A stretch of DNA of 64,000 nucleotides, taken from positions 166,402-230,401 of the forward strand of contig DATIYM010000007.1 in the NCBI GenBank assembly GCA_035517615.1. The letters are read 5' to 3'. The stretch's first letter is position 1. Each line of letters opens with the position of its first letter. The notes beneath the pieces were generated by a model, which was not told the origin of the DNA, did no database searches, and saw only the letters and a list, made by a program, of their open reading frames with translations. This document shows positions 1-8,963 of the stretch, piece by piece. The stretch is from Gemmatimonadales bacterium (GTDB taxonomy: Bacteria > Gemmatimonadota > Gemmatimonadetes > Gemmatimonadales > GWC2-71-9). The translations under genes were made by a program, and so were the position numbers.

Positions 1-1109
<1,109 letters not shown>

Positions 1110-2150
1110 TTAGAGGATCGCCATCGCATCGCCGTACGAATAGAACCGGTACCCCAGCTCGACCGCTGCGCGGTAGGCGTGCATCACGCGCTCGTACCCG
1201 CCGAACGCGCACACGAGCATGAGGAGCGTCGAACCGGGAAGATGAAAGTTGCTGACCAGGGCATCCACGGCGTGGAACGTATACGGGGGATGAATGAACA
1301 GCGCGGTTTCGCCGCTGCGTGGATGGACCACGCCGTCAGGGGTGGCAACGGTTTCGAGCGTGCGCACCGTAGTTGTCCCGACTGCCCAGATCCGCCCGCC
1401 GCGTGCGCGCCGTTCGTTGATCGTGTGCGCGCTTTCTCCTGACACCTCATAGGCCTCGGCGTGCATCACATGATGGCTGAGCTCGTCGTGCTCGACAGGT
1501 TTGAACGTTCCCGGACCCACGTGCAGATCGATGCGGGCCAGAGCGGTGCCGCGCGCTTGCAGTCCGCTCAAGAGCTCCGGGGTAAAGTGCAGGCCGGCCG
1601 TGGGTGCCGCGACACTTCCTTCGCGAGTCGCGTACACCGTTTGGTAGCGCTCCCGGTCTTCGCGGTTTGGCGGTCGGCGGATATACGGCGGGAGCGGCAC
1701 TTCGCCGTACTTCTCGAGCGTGCGCCGCGCGTCGAGCGAGCCGACGAAGCGGATGCGCCGCAGGCCGCCGCCCAGCACTTCGACGATTTCCGCCGCCGCA
1801 TCGCCTCCGAACGTGACGCGCCGTCCCGGTTTGAGCTTGCCTCCCGGATGCCCCAGCGCCAGCCAGGTTCCGTCGGCCGTCTCCCGCACGAGCAGTAGCT
1901 CGCTATCCCGCTCACCACTCCCGTCTCCGGCCTTCCGGGTTCCGCGCAGTCGCGCGGGAATGACGCGCGACGTATTGAGCACCACCACGTCCCTCGGCTC
2001 GACGAGCGACGCGAAATCGGAAAACACGCCATGGCGCATCGCCCCCGTGTCGCGCTCGAGGATGAGGAGCCGGCTCGCGGCGCGGTCCGCCAGCGGGAAC
2101 TGGGCGATCTGGGAGCGGGGGAGCTCGTAAGAAAAATCGGAGAGTTTCAT
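1110..2150 (-). CDS. queA: S-adenosylmethionine:tRNA ribosyltransferase-isomerase
   Basis: 346-aa ORF MKLSDFSYELPRSQIAQFPL... with a typical QueA N-terminus and length. Its stop lies 6 nt upstream of the tgt start. Confidence 0.93.
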   Translation of the reverse strand: MKLSDFSYELPRSQIAQFPLADRAASRLLILERDTGAMRHGVFSDFASLVEPRDVVVLNTSRVIPARLRGTRKAGDGSGERDSELLLVRETADGTWLALGHPGGKLKPGRRVTFGGDAAAEIVEVLGGGLRRIRFVGSLDARRTLEKYGEVPLPPYIRRPPNREDRERYQTVYATREGSVAAPTAGLHFTPELLSGLQARGTALARIDLHVGPGTFKPVEHDELSHHVMHAEAYEVSGESAHTINERRARGGRIWAVGTTTVRTLETVATPDGVVHPRSGETALFIHPPYTFHAVDALVSNFHLPGSTLLMLVCAFGGYERVMHAYRAAVELGYRFYSYGDAMAIL

Positions 2151-2238
2151 CGAACGCGGAACGCGGAAATCGGAGCGCGGAACCTAAATGGAGATCCCAT
2201 GCTGGAAGACCGACGGACGCGTACTCTGCTGTTCCGCG

Positions 2239-3342
2239 TTATCCGTCAAAGATCGTCTGCTGCTCACTCTTCCGCGGCGGGGTGAAGCCGAAGTGCCGGT
2301 AGGCCGCTCCCGTGGCACAGCGGCCCCGGGGCGTGCGAGTCAGAAATCCCTGCTGCATCAGGAACGGCTCGTACACCTCTTCCAGCGTTTCCGGGTCTTC
2401 GCCGACCGCCGCGGCGACCGTGGCCACACCCACGGGGCCGCCGTCGAACTGCTCAATGATCGCCTTGAGAATGCGGGCATCCATGTCGTCGAGTCCGAAC
2501 TCGTCGACATCGAGTCGTTTGAGCGCTTCGGCGGCCACTCGGGCGGTAATCGCTCCGTCGGCGCGCACCTCAGCGTAGTCGCGCACCCGGCGGAGCAGCC
2601 GGTTGGCCACCCGCGGCGTGCCGCGGCTGCGGCGCGCGATCTCCGTCGTGCCGGCCGGATCCATCGCGATGCCCAGGATCCGCGCCGAACGGCTGAGGAT
2701 CCGCGCGAGATCATCGGGCGGATAGTAATGCAGCCGCTCCACGAGCCCGAAGCGGGCGCGCATGGGAGCGGTGAGCAGGCCGAACCGCGTGGTCGCGCCA
2801 ATGAGCGTGAATCGCTCGAGACTCAAGGGCAGGGTCTGCCCTCGCGGGCCGTCGCTGACGCGGACGTCGACATGGAATTCCTCCATGGCCGGATAGAGAA
2901 ACTCCTCGAGCGCCGGTCTGAGCCGGTGCACCTCGTCGATGAAGAGGATATCGCCCCGCTTGAGCGCGGTCAGCAGGCCGAGCAGATCGCCGGGGCGCTC
3001 GAGCACCGGTCCCGACGTCGTGCGGATGCTCACGCCCAGCTCCCGCGCCATCAGCAGGGCGAGCGTGGTCTTGCCCAGTCCCGGGGGGCCGAAGAACAAC
3101 GTGTGGTCGAGGGGCTCGCCCCGCCGTTTCGCGGCATCGATTGCGATCTGGAGCGAGTCCTTCACCTTCGCCTGGCCCACGAACTCGTCGAGCCCCGATG
3201 GACGCAGTGCCGTGTCGGCCGATGCTTCGTCGCCCAGGGGACCCGGGGTGGTGATCTCGGATCGCGGTCGCGTCACGCCAGCGCCCGCGCTTTCCAGCGA
3301 ACCGGCCGCGAATCGAGCTCCACCACGTGCGGTGTGTGACAC
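2239..3342 (-). CDS. ruvB: Holliday junction branch migration helicase RuvB
   Basis: [12 protein letters not shown] motif and Walker [10 protein letters not shown], with a RuvB-type C-terminus. The longest ORF starts at 3342. An in-frame GTG at 3276 forms a GTGA overlap with the stop of the upstream micro-ORF and is the more likely start. Confidence 0.93.
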   Translation of the reverse strand: MSHTARGGARFAAGSLESAGAGVTRPRSEITTPGPLGDEASADTALRPSGLDEFVGQAKVKDSLQIAIDAAKRRGEPLDHTLFFGPPGLGKTTLALLMARELGVSIRTTSGPVLERPGDLLGLLTALKRGDILFIDEVHRLRPALEEFLYPAMEEFHVDVRVSDGPRGQTLPLSLERFTLIGATTRFGLLTAPMRARFGLVERLHYYPPDDLARILSRSARILGIAMDPAGTTEIARRSRGTPRVANRLLRRVRDYAEVRADGAITARVAAEALKRLDVDEFGLDDMDARILKAIIEQFDGGPVGVATVAAAVGEDPETLEEVYEPFLMQQGFLTRTPRGRCATGAAYRHFGFTPPRKSEQQTIFDG

Positions 3343-3446
3343 GTCACGCAGACATCCTCAGTGCGCCGCGTGCCCTCGGGAACGAGCTTGCGGTTCGTGG
3401 CGCCGCAGCGCGTGCAATTCCACTCCGCGGTCTCGGCGGTGATCAC
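3273..3446 (-). CDS. 57-aa zinc-ribbon protein nested between ruvA and ruvB
   Basis: The last 57 codons of track ORF 3273..4397 read V(M)[56 protein letters not shown]. The GTG start shares GTGA with the ruvA stop, and the stop shares GTGA with a ruvB in-frame GTG. There are two CxxC knuckles, and third codon positions are mostly G/C. Confidence 0.55.
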   Translation of the reverse strand: MITAETAEWNCTRCGATNRKLVPEGTRRTEDVCVTCHTPHVVELDSRPVRWKARALA

Positions 3447-4030
3447 GTTTGCGCCAGAATCACGAGGGCCCGCCGCACGAGCGCATCGGCCGTGTCGCCG
3501 TTCCCGTGCACCGCGACGGCTTCGCGCACCGCGCGGTCGGCCTCCGCCGCGCTGTAGCCCAGCCCCTCGAGCGCCTTGCGTGCGGTGCCCGCGGCGCCGC
3601 TCAACGGCTCGGGGGCTGTCGTGAAATCGCGCACCTTTTCCGCGAGCTCGAGGACCAGCCGTTCGGCCGTTTTCTTCCCAATTCCCGAGACTGACGATAG
3701 CACGGCAATGTCGCGGTCCAAGATGGCGCGCGCCGCGCGAGTGACGCCCAGGGCCGACATGAGCGACACCGCGAGACGCGGTCCCACCCCGGAGACACTG
3801 GTCAGGCGCTGGAAAAACTGCCGCTCGGTAGCATCCGAGAACCCGTAGAGCGACCAGCCGTCCTCGCGCACCACGAGCTCGGTCGAGACCGTCACGTCCG
3901 CGCCCACCGCGGGGAGTCGTTCCATCACGCCCAAGGGCACCACAATCTCGTAGCCCACGCCGCCTGGTGTCTGCACGAGGATTCGGTCTCCGTGTTTCGC
4001 CGCGAGGCGGCCACGAACTTCGGCAATCAC
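3443..4030 (-). CDS. ruvA: Holliday junction DNA helicase RuvA
   Basis: MIAEVRGRLAAKHGDRILVQTPGGVGYEIVVP (OB fold) and the HhH motif SVSGIGKKTAERL. The GTG start overlaps the ruvC stop (GTGA). Confidence 0.93.
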   Translation of the reverse strand: MIAEVRGRLAAKHGDRILVQTPGGVGYEIVVPLGVMERLPAVGADVTVSTELVVREDGWSLYGFSDATERQFFQRLTSVSGVGPRLAVSLMSALGVTRAARAILDRDIAVLSSVSGIGKKTAERLVLELAEKVRDFTTAPEPLSGAAGTARKALEGLGYSAAEADRAVREAVAVHGNGDTADALVRRALVILAQT

Positions 4031-4494
4031 GCCCGCAGAATATGCGTGAGCGCCACGGCGACCCCGTCCGCGGCGTCGGAGGGTTCGGGTGCGCGAGACA
4101 GCTGGAGCAGCCGCGCCACCATCGTGGCCACCTGTTCTTTCCGGGCCGCTCCCGCGCCGCCCACGGTCCGCTTGATCGTGGCCGGAGGATATTCGAACAC
4201 GTCGAGATCGGCGCGCGCGGCGGCGAGCATGACGACGCCTCGGGCATGCCCCAGGACGAGCGCGGTCCGCACGTTCTTGTGGTAAAACGCGTCTTCAAGG
4301 GCCAGCGAATCCGGGTGGTGGCGGGCAATGAGGGCGGCAATGCCGTCGTGCAACGTCCGCAGCCGCTTGGCCAGAGGGTCGCGGCGGTCCAGCGCAATCG
4401 TGCCGCATTCGACGAGTCTCCCGAGGGGGGCGGCGACGTCGACCACGCCGTAGCCCGTGACCTGAGTGCCCGGGTCTACCCCCAGCACCCTCAC
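4027..4494 (-). CDS. ruvC: crossover junction endodeoxyribonuclease RuvC
   Basis: RVLGVDPG, LEDAF and DAADGVAVAL motifs. The longest ORF (to 4623) runs into yebC. The GTG at 4494 (alternative 4488) directly precedes the conserved N-terminus. Confidence 0.9.
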   Translation of the reverse strand: MRVLGVDPGTQVTGYGVVDVAAPLGRLVECGTIALDRRDPLAKRLRTLHDGIAALIARHHPDSLALEDAFYHKNVRTALVLGHARGVVMLAAARADLDVFEYPPATIKRTVGGAGAARKEQVATMVARLLQLSRAPEPSDAADGVAVALTHILRA

Positions 4495-4495
4495 G

Positions 4496-5245
4496 TCATC
4501 CGGTGACCGCAGCCATCGCCTCGGCGTCGACGTCGAAGTTCGAGTTGACCTTGGCCACGTCGTCGAGCTCTTCCAGCGCCTCCACCAGACGCAGCAAATT
4601 CGCCGCTTCCTTGCCTTCCACACGGACGCTGCTCTTCGGAAGCATCGCGATTTCCGCGCTCTGCACCGGAATCTTCGCGGCCTTGAGCCGATCCTGGACC
4701 GAGTGGAGCAGGGCAGGTGGCGCCGTGATGAGCAGTGTGTCGCCGTCCCGGACGACGTCCTCGGCCCCGGCGTCGAGCGCGGCCTCGAGCGTCGCGTCTT
4801 CGTTCGCGGTGGTCGCGTCGACCGTGATCTGAGCCTTGCGATCGAACATCCAGGCCACGGAGTTCGACGCCCCCAGATTGCCGCCGTGGCGCGTGAAGAT
4901 GTGGCGGATCTCGGCGACGGTACGGGTCGAATTATCGGTGGTGGCCTCGATCAGGATCGCCGCGCCACCCGGGCCATACCCTTCATAGGTGACTTCCTCG
5001 TACTGCACGCCCTCGAGCTCACCAGTGCCCTTCTTGATGGCGCGATCGATGTTCTCGAACGGCATGTTCTCGGCCCGCGCCGCCTCGATGGCGGTGCGGA
5101 GCCGGGGGTTACCGGCGGGATCGCCGCCGCCCGCCCGCGCCGCTATGGTGATTTCGCGAATCAGCTTGGTGAATGCCGCCCCGCGCCGGGCGTCGGTGAC
5201 CGCCTTCTTGCGCTTGATCTGCTTCCATTTGCTATGACCGGCCAT
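4496..5245 (-). CDS. yebC: YebC/PmpR family DNA-binding transcriptional regulator
   Basis: Hallmark N-terminus MAGHSKWKQIKRKK. The track start at 5308 is a TTG 21 codons upstream, inside a repeat-rich leader. Confidence 0.92.
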   Translation of the reverse strand: MAGHSKWKQIKRKKAVTDARRGAAFTKLIREITIAARAGGGDPAGNPRLRTAIEAARAENMPFENIDRAIKKGTGELEGVQYEEVTYEGYGPGGAAILIEATTDNSTRTVAEIRHIFTRHGGNLGASNSVAWMFDRKAQITVDATTANEDATLEAALDAGAEDVVRDGDTLLITAPPALLHSVQDRLKAAKIPVQSAEIAMLPKSSVRVEGKEAANLLRLVEALEELDDVAKVNSNFDVDAEAMAAVTG

Positions 5246-5386
5246 AAACGACTCCAGAAAGGCGTTGCACGACGCCACGTTGCCACGACGCCACGCGAAT
5301 TCGTGCAACTTGGCGTCGTGGCGTCGGGTAACGTGTCATAGTATAGCTTGACCCGGTCTCCACGCCACAGCTAGCATTGCGATTCC

Positions 5387-5833
5387 ATGCCGCGCTCGTT
5401 GCCCCTCGTGCTGCTCGCTATGTGTCTTTCGTGCGATCGTCCCGCGGAACAAACGAAAGAGCGACAGTTCGCGGCGCGGCTGATGGAAGGTCTGCTGGCA
5501 TACCCCCGTTCCACGCTCGTCAACATCGCGACGGGAACCGATGCGGCTCAGGTCACGCTGACCGCGCCGGCGCCGGCGCCGAAGGTCGCGGAATGGTATC
5601 ATCAGGTGCTACGGCTGAACGGCTGGGATCTGCAGAACGATGCGACGGGAACGGACGCAAGCATGACGATCTACGCGGAAAAGGGCCGGCGGCCGCTGTG
5701 GATCATGCTCAAGCCCGACGGGCCAACGGCGACGCGATATACCCTGATCGGCGCGGAGCTGCCGAAGGACACCACAGGGACCGCGGCTCAGCGATCGGGG
5801 TCGAGCATGTCCTCAAACCGCATCCAGCGCTGA
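5387..5833 (+). CDS. putative lipoprotein, unknown function
   Basis: Signal peptide with a Cys-containing lipobox-like end (LLAMCLSC). 148 aa with no recognisable domain. The last ~15 codons overlap the convergent DnaB-like gene. Confidence 0.65.
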   Translation: MPRSLPLVLLAMCLSCDRPAEQTKERQFAARLMEGLLAYPRSTLVNIATGTDAAQVTLTAPAPAPKVAEWYHQVLRLNGWDLQNDATGTDASMTIYAEKGRRPLWIMLKPDGPTATRYTLIGAELPKDTTGTAAQRSGSSMSSNRIQR

Positions 5834-6660
5834 TAGAAGTACAGGTCGACGAACCCGGTCGGTCCATTCCGGTTTTTCGCCACCAGCAGTTCGGTCGCCC
5901 CATCCACACCGCTCTTCGGGTTGTACATGTCCTCGCGAAACACCGCGAGCACGACATCGGCATGCTGCTTGACCGCGCCCAGATGCCCGAAGTCGTCGAG
6001 CGTGGGCCGGCGGTTCTCGCGGTCGGCGCCGAATCGCGGCAGCTGGGAAATCACGAGCAACGCGACCTGCCGCTCGAGCGCCATCGCCTTCAGGCGGCGG
6101 AGGATGAGCGCCGTGTCCTCATCCTGCGTCTGTCGCGAAATGTCGCGCGGAGCGGGCACGAGCTGCAGATAATCCATCACGACGAGCGAGAGCTGCCGGA
6201 TCGCGGACAGCCGCTCGGCAACAGCCTCGAGATCGGTGGCGGCGAGCGGCACGACGTGCAGCGGCAGTCCCCTGAGCCGCACGGCTGCCGCTCCGACGCC
6301 GGCGCGCGCCTGCTCGTTCAACGTCGCGCTCCGCAACTCGTCCACCGCCACCCGGCCCTCGATCGCGAGTGCCCGCTCGATCAGCCGCTCTTCGTCCATT
6401 TCGCCTGAAACGTAGGCGACGCCCTGGCCTTGCTGCGCCACGCGCAATGCGATGCCCAGCGCCAGCGCCGACTTGCCGGAGCCGACATCGCCGCCCAGCA
6501 CGATCAAGTCGCGGCGCCGCACCCCGCCGCCGAGCAGCCTGTCGACGGACGGGAAGCCCGTGGGAATCGTGTCGCCGGTGATCTCGCCGGGACGTTGCTG
6601 GTCGACACGCTCGACCAGCGACTCGGGCGAAGGGGGCTTGGGGAGTCGTCGGGAGGTCAC
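5788..6660 (-). CDS. DnaB-like helicase C-terminal (RecA-fold ATPase) domain protein lacking the DnaB N-terminal domain
   Basis: 290 aa. Motifs seen: IPTGFPSVDRLLGGG, Walker A GGDVGSGKSALAL, Walker B LVVMDYLQLV, the ISQLPR...RRPTLDDF arginine-finger region, and AKNRNGPTG...F C-terminus. All are typical of the DnaB C-terminal domain. Confidence 0.85.
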   Translation of the reverse strand: MTSRRLPKPPSPESLVERVDQQRPGEITGDTIPTGFPSVDRLLGGGVRRRDLIVLGGDVGSGKSALALGIALRVAQQGQGVAYVSGEMDEERLIERALAIEGRVAVDELRSATLNEQARAGVGAAAVRLRGLPLHVVPLAATDLEAVAERLSAIRQLSLVVMDYLQLVPAPRDISRQTQDEDTALILRRLKAMALERQVALLVISQLPRFGADRENRRPTLDDFGHLGAVKQHADVVLAVFREDMYNPKSGVDGATELLVAKNRNGPTGFVDLYFYQRWMRFEDMLDPDR

Positions 6661-6691
6661 GGCCTATTATTGCGAACGATGCGGCCGCTGG

Positions 6692-7084
6692 TCAATTCTC
6701 GTTGACCTTGGTGAACCAGTTCCCGAATGTGTAGAGGCAGATGACGGTCACCGCCACGCCGGTGACCAGAAACGCGGTCTTCGGTCCGTCCGGGACTCTG
6801 ATCGCGCGTACGTCGGCGAGGGCGATTGCCAAGCGCTTCGTGGAGTCGGGATGCGCGGGCAGGGACTCGAAGTGGGGCGGCACGTGCCCTACGAGACTGT
6901 CGCCTACAATCACCGGATCGTCGATCGTGATAATTGATCCATCGGTGACTTTGACGGCATAGTGCTCGGCGTGATGCTGGGGCGTGAATTTACTCGGCTC
7001 GAGAGGGACAGGGCGCCAAGTCGTGCAGCACGACAGCGTCAGCGCGACGGCGGTCAGCGGCAGGCGGCGGCGGTGCACGCTCAT
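6692..7084 (-). CDS. lipoprotein with C-terminal TM helix (paralog A)
   Basis: Lipobox LTLSCC, a central beta-rich segment VKVTDGSIITIDDPVIVGDSLVGHV, and a C-terminal hydrophobic helix FLVTGVAVTVICLYTF. Confidence 0.7.
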   Translation of the reverse strand: MSVHRRRLPLTAVALTLSCCTTWRPVPLEPSKFTPQHHAEHYAVKVTDGSIITIDDPVIVGDSLVGHVPPHFESLPAHPDSTKRLAIALADVRAIRVPDGPKTAFLVTGVAVTVICLYTFGNWFTKVNEN

Positions 7085-7118
7085 CGGTAACCGCGAGACC
7101 TCAAGCGGAATTCAAGAC

Positions 7119-7460
7119 CTATTGCGGTATCGATGCGTCGTCGCCCTTCATCATCTCATACTCCATCAACCCCATCGCGCCGATCATTCCCACCGCCAGG
7201 ACGGCTGTTTTTCCGGGAGCGGCTTTGCGGATGGTCAGCACGCCTTCAGGTGTCAGGATGAAATGCTCGCGGACGCCGCCCACGAGTCCGATCAGTGTGT
7301 CGCCGTGCAGTTCGGGCGAAACGATCTCGACTGTCGAATGATCCGGCATGGTCAACCAGACCTTCGGGAGCGGCTGCGTCGCCGTGAGTCGCTCGCGCGG
7401 CACGCGCTCCACAGACTGGCACGACGCGAGTAGGAGGAGCAAGGCGGTAGACAGTCGCAT
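7119..7460 (-). CDS. lipoprotein with C-terminal TM helix (paralog B)
   Basis: An internal ATG of track ORF 7119..7826 gives MRLSTALLLLLASCQS (lipobox). LTMPDHSTVEIVSPELHGDTLIGLV and the helix AVLAVGMIGAMGL align with the neighbouring gene. Confidence 0.65.
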   Translation of the reverse strand: MRLSTALLLLLASCQSVERVPRERLTATQPLPKVWLTMPDHSTVEIVSPELHGDTLIGLVGGVREHFILTPEGVLTIRKAAPGKTAVLAVGMIGAMGLMEYEMMKGDDASIPQ

Positions 7461-7521
7461 AGTGATCACAGGTTCACCTCGACGATTTTTCTTGTCGTTT
7501 CTTTCTTGACGCCTTTCGTTC

Positions 7522-7902
7522 TCACGCCGCCTTCTCTCTTGCGTTCCGCGCCGCCAGCGCCACCGCGTCCGCCGCATCGGCTCCCAGGACATCCCGCGCC
7601 GGCGCCACGAGCTGCGAGAGTACCACGACCGCGCACTCTCGAGTGGCGGGCTCGAGCTGGATCCGCGCCGCGTTGAGCGCCCGACGCAGCGGCGGGGGGA
7701 TCGTGAGCGTCGCCATCCGGCTGTCGAGCGCCTGCAGCCGCCGCCGGTGGTTGCGCGCGTCGAGTGGGGCCCTGCCAAGCACGCCCTCGGCCGCGCGAAC
7801 GACGAGCCAGAGCGCGAACAACCCATCGCGCTTCGGCCCCCGGGCCGCCGCGGTGATCAGCTCGATCAGGCGATCCTCGGCTGGCGTCGTCGCTTCGATC
7901 AT
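7522..7902 (-). CDS. hypothetical protein (126 aa)
   Basis: C-terminal part of track ORF 7522..8901, starting at MIEATTPAEDRL. The ATG forms an ATGA overlap with the stop of the GT9 gene. Alpha-helical composition with no recognisable motif. Confidence 0.55.
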   Translation of the reverse strand: MIEATTPAEDRLIELITAAARGPKRDGLFALWLVVRAAEGVLGRAPLDARNHRRRLQALDSRMATLTIPPPLRRALNAARIQLEPATRECAVVVLSQLVAPARDVLGADAADAVALAARNAREKAA

Positions 7903-8906
7903 GCGACCAGCCGTTCCACCGCTCGCGCCACCATCGCCGGCTCGAGATCCGTCATGCAGCGATGATGATCCAGCGGGCATGCGGCGGTGCCGCTCGCGGA
8001 GCACGGTCGGCAGCCGAGGTCGCATTGCAGCACGGCCGACGACGAGCGGTACGGGAAGAAGCCGAACCGTTCCACGGTTGGGCCAAACAGCGCCACTACC
8101 GGTGTGCCCACGCCCGTGGCCATGTGCATGACCCCCGTGTCGCCCGACACGAGGACACGGGCGCGCTCGATCAGCGCGCCCGTCTCCTGCAAGGAGAACT
8201 CGCCCGCGCTCGAATCGGGGGCGCCCGCGGCCGCGAGCTGCTGCGCGGCACCGCGATCGTCCGACCCGCCGACGATCACGGGCGTGAAGCCCGCCCGTCG
8301 CAGCTCCTCCGCCAGCGCGATCCAGTGCGCCACGGGCCAGCGTTTCGTTGCGTGGGCGGCGCCCGGTGCCAGCGCGGCGAGGGATCGGGTTTCGAGATCG
8401 CGTTCGGCGAGCCACTGGGCCACGCGGTCCCGCGCGCCGAGTGCCAGATGAAACTCGGGCGGCCCGCCATCCGGGTGCACGTCGAGATGCCGGGCAGCCT
8501 CGAAGTATCGCTCCGCCACGGGCTCGCGTGCGTGCGTGCCATACAGATCGACGCCGACGGAGATCAGGGTCGAGCGTGCCAGTTTGCGCTTGCCGTAGCC
8601 ACTCCAGCGGCATCGCACCAGCAGCCGCAGCACCGCGCTCCGCAGGCTGCCGTGCAAGTCGAGCCCGTGGGTGGGGGTGGGTCCCTGCGTCCGGACCCGG
8701 CGGGCAAACTCGCCCAGCGACTCGTTCGGCTCGAGCGCCAGCACCTGCGAGACGTGGGGATTCTCGGAGACGAGCGGCGCCATCCCTCGTTTCGTGACGT
8801 AGACCAGCCGGGCATTGGGATGCCGGTGCGCGATGGCGCGCAGGAGCGGCGTAGTGAGCAGGATGTCGCCGATGGAGCTGAACCGCACGAACAGGATACA
8901 CAACAC
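7899..8906 (-). CDS. glycosyltransferase family 9 (LPS heptosyltransferase-like)
   Basis: VLCILFVRFSSIGDILLTTPLLRAI N-terminus, KRWP motif, and GDTGVMHMATGVGTPVVALFGPT C-terminal motif. The track ORF extends to 9296, antisense into the response-regulator gene. The GTG at 8906 fits. Confidence 0.85.
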   Translation of the reverse strand: MLCILFVRFSSIGDILLTTPLLRAIAHRHPNARLVYVTKRGMAPLVSENPHVSQVLALEPNESLGEFARRVRTQGPTPTHGLDLHGSLRSAVLRLLVRCRWSGYGKRKLARSTLISVGVDLYGTHAREPVAERYFEAARHLDVHPDGGPPEFHLALGARDRVAQWLAERDLETRSLAALAPGAAHATKRWPVAHWIALAEELRRAGFTPVIVGGSDDRGAAQQLAAAGAPDSSAGEFSLQETGALIERARVLVSGDTGVMHMATGVGTPVVALFGPTVERFGFFPYRSSSAVLQCDLGCRPCSASGTAACPLDHHRCMTDLEPAMVARAVERLVA

Positions 8907-8963
8907 GCGGGCAATGTTAGCCTTGCGTTGCCCGGGTTCGCCAGTCGGAATTAGGTTACGGCG

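Noticed and set aside
2152-2183. GAAC-N3-GAAC-N17-GAAC repeats between ruvB and queA, considered as a LexA box (GTTC-N7-GTTC type)
   Set aside because: The spacing does not match any LexA consensus I know. The element lies downstream of ruvB rather than upstream of the operon. It may be part of a weak hairpin, and support is insufficient.
3447-4397. Upstream 317 codons of track ORF 3273..4397
   Set aside because: This part is out of frame over ruvA and ruvC and is Arg/Pro/Gly-rich. Only the last 57 codons, from the GTG overlapping the ruvA stop, have a plausible protein signature.
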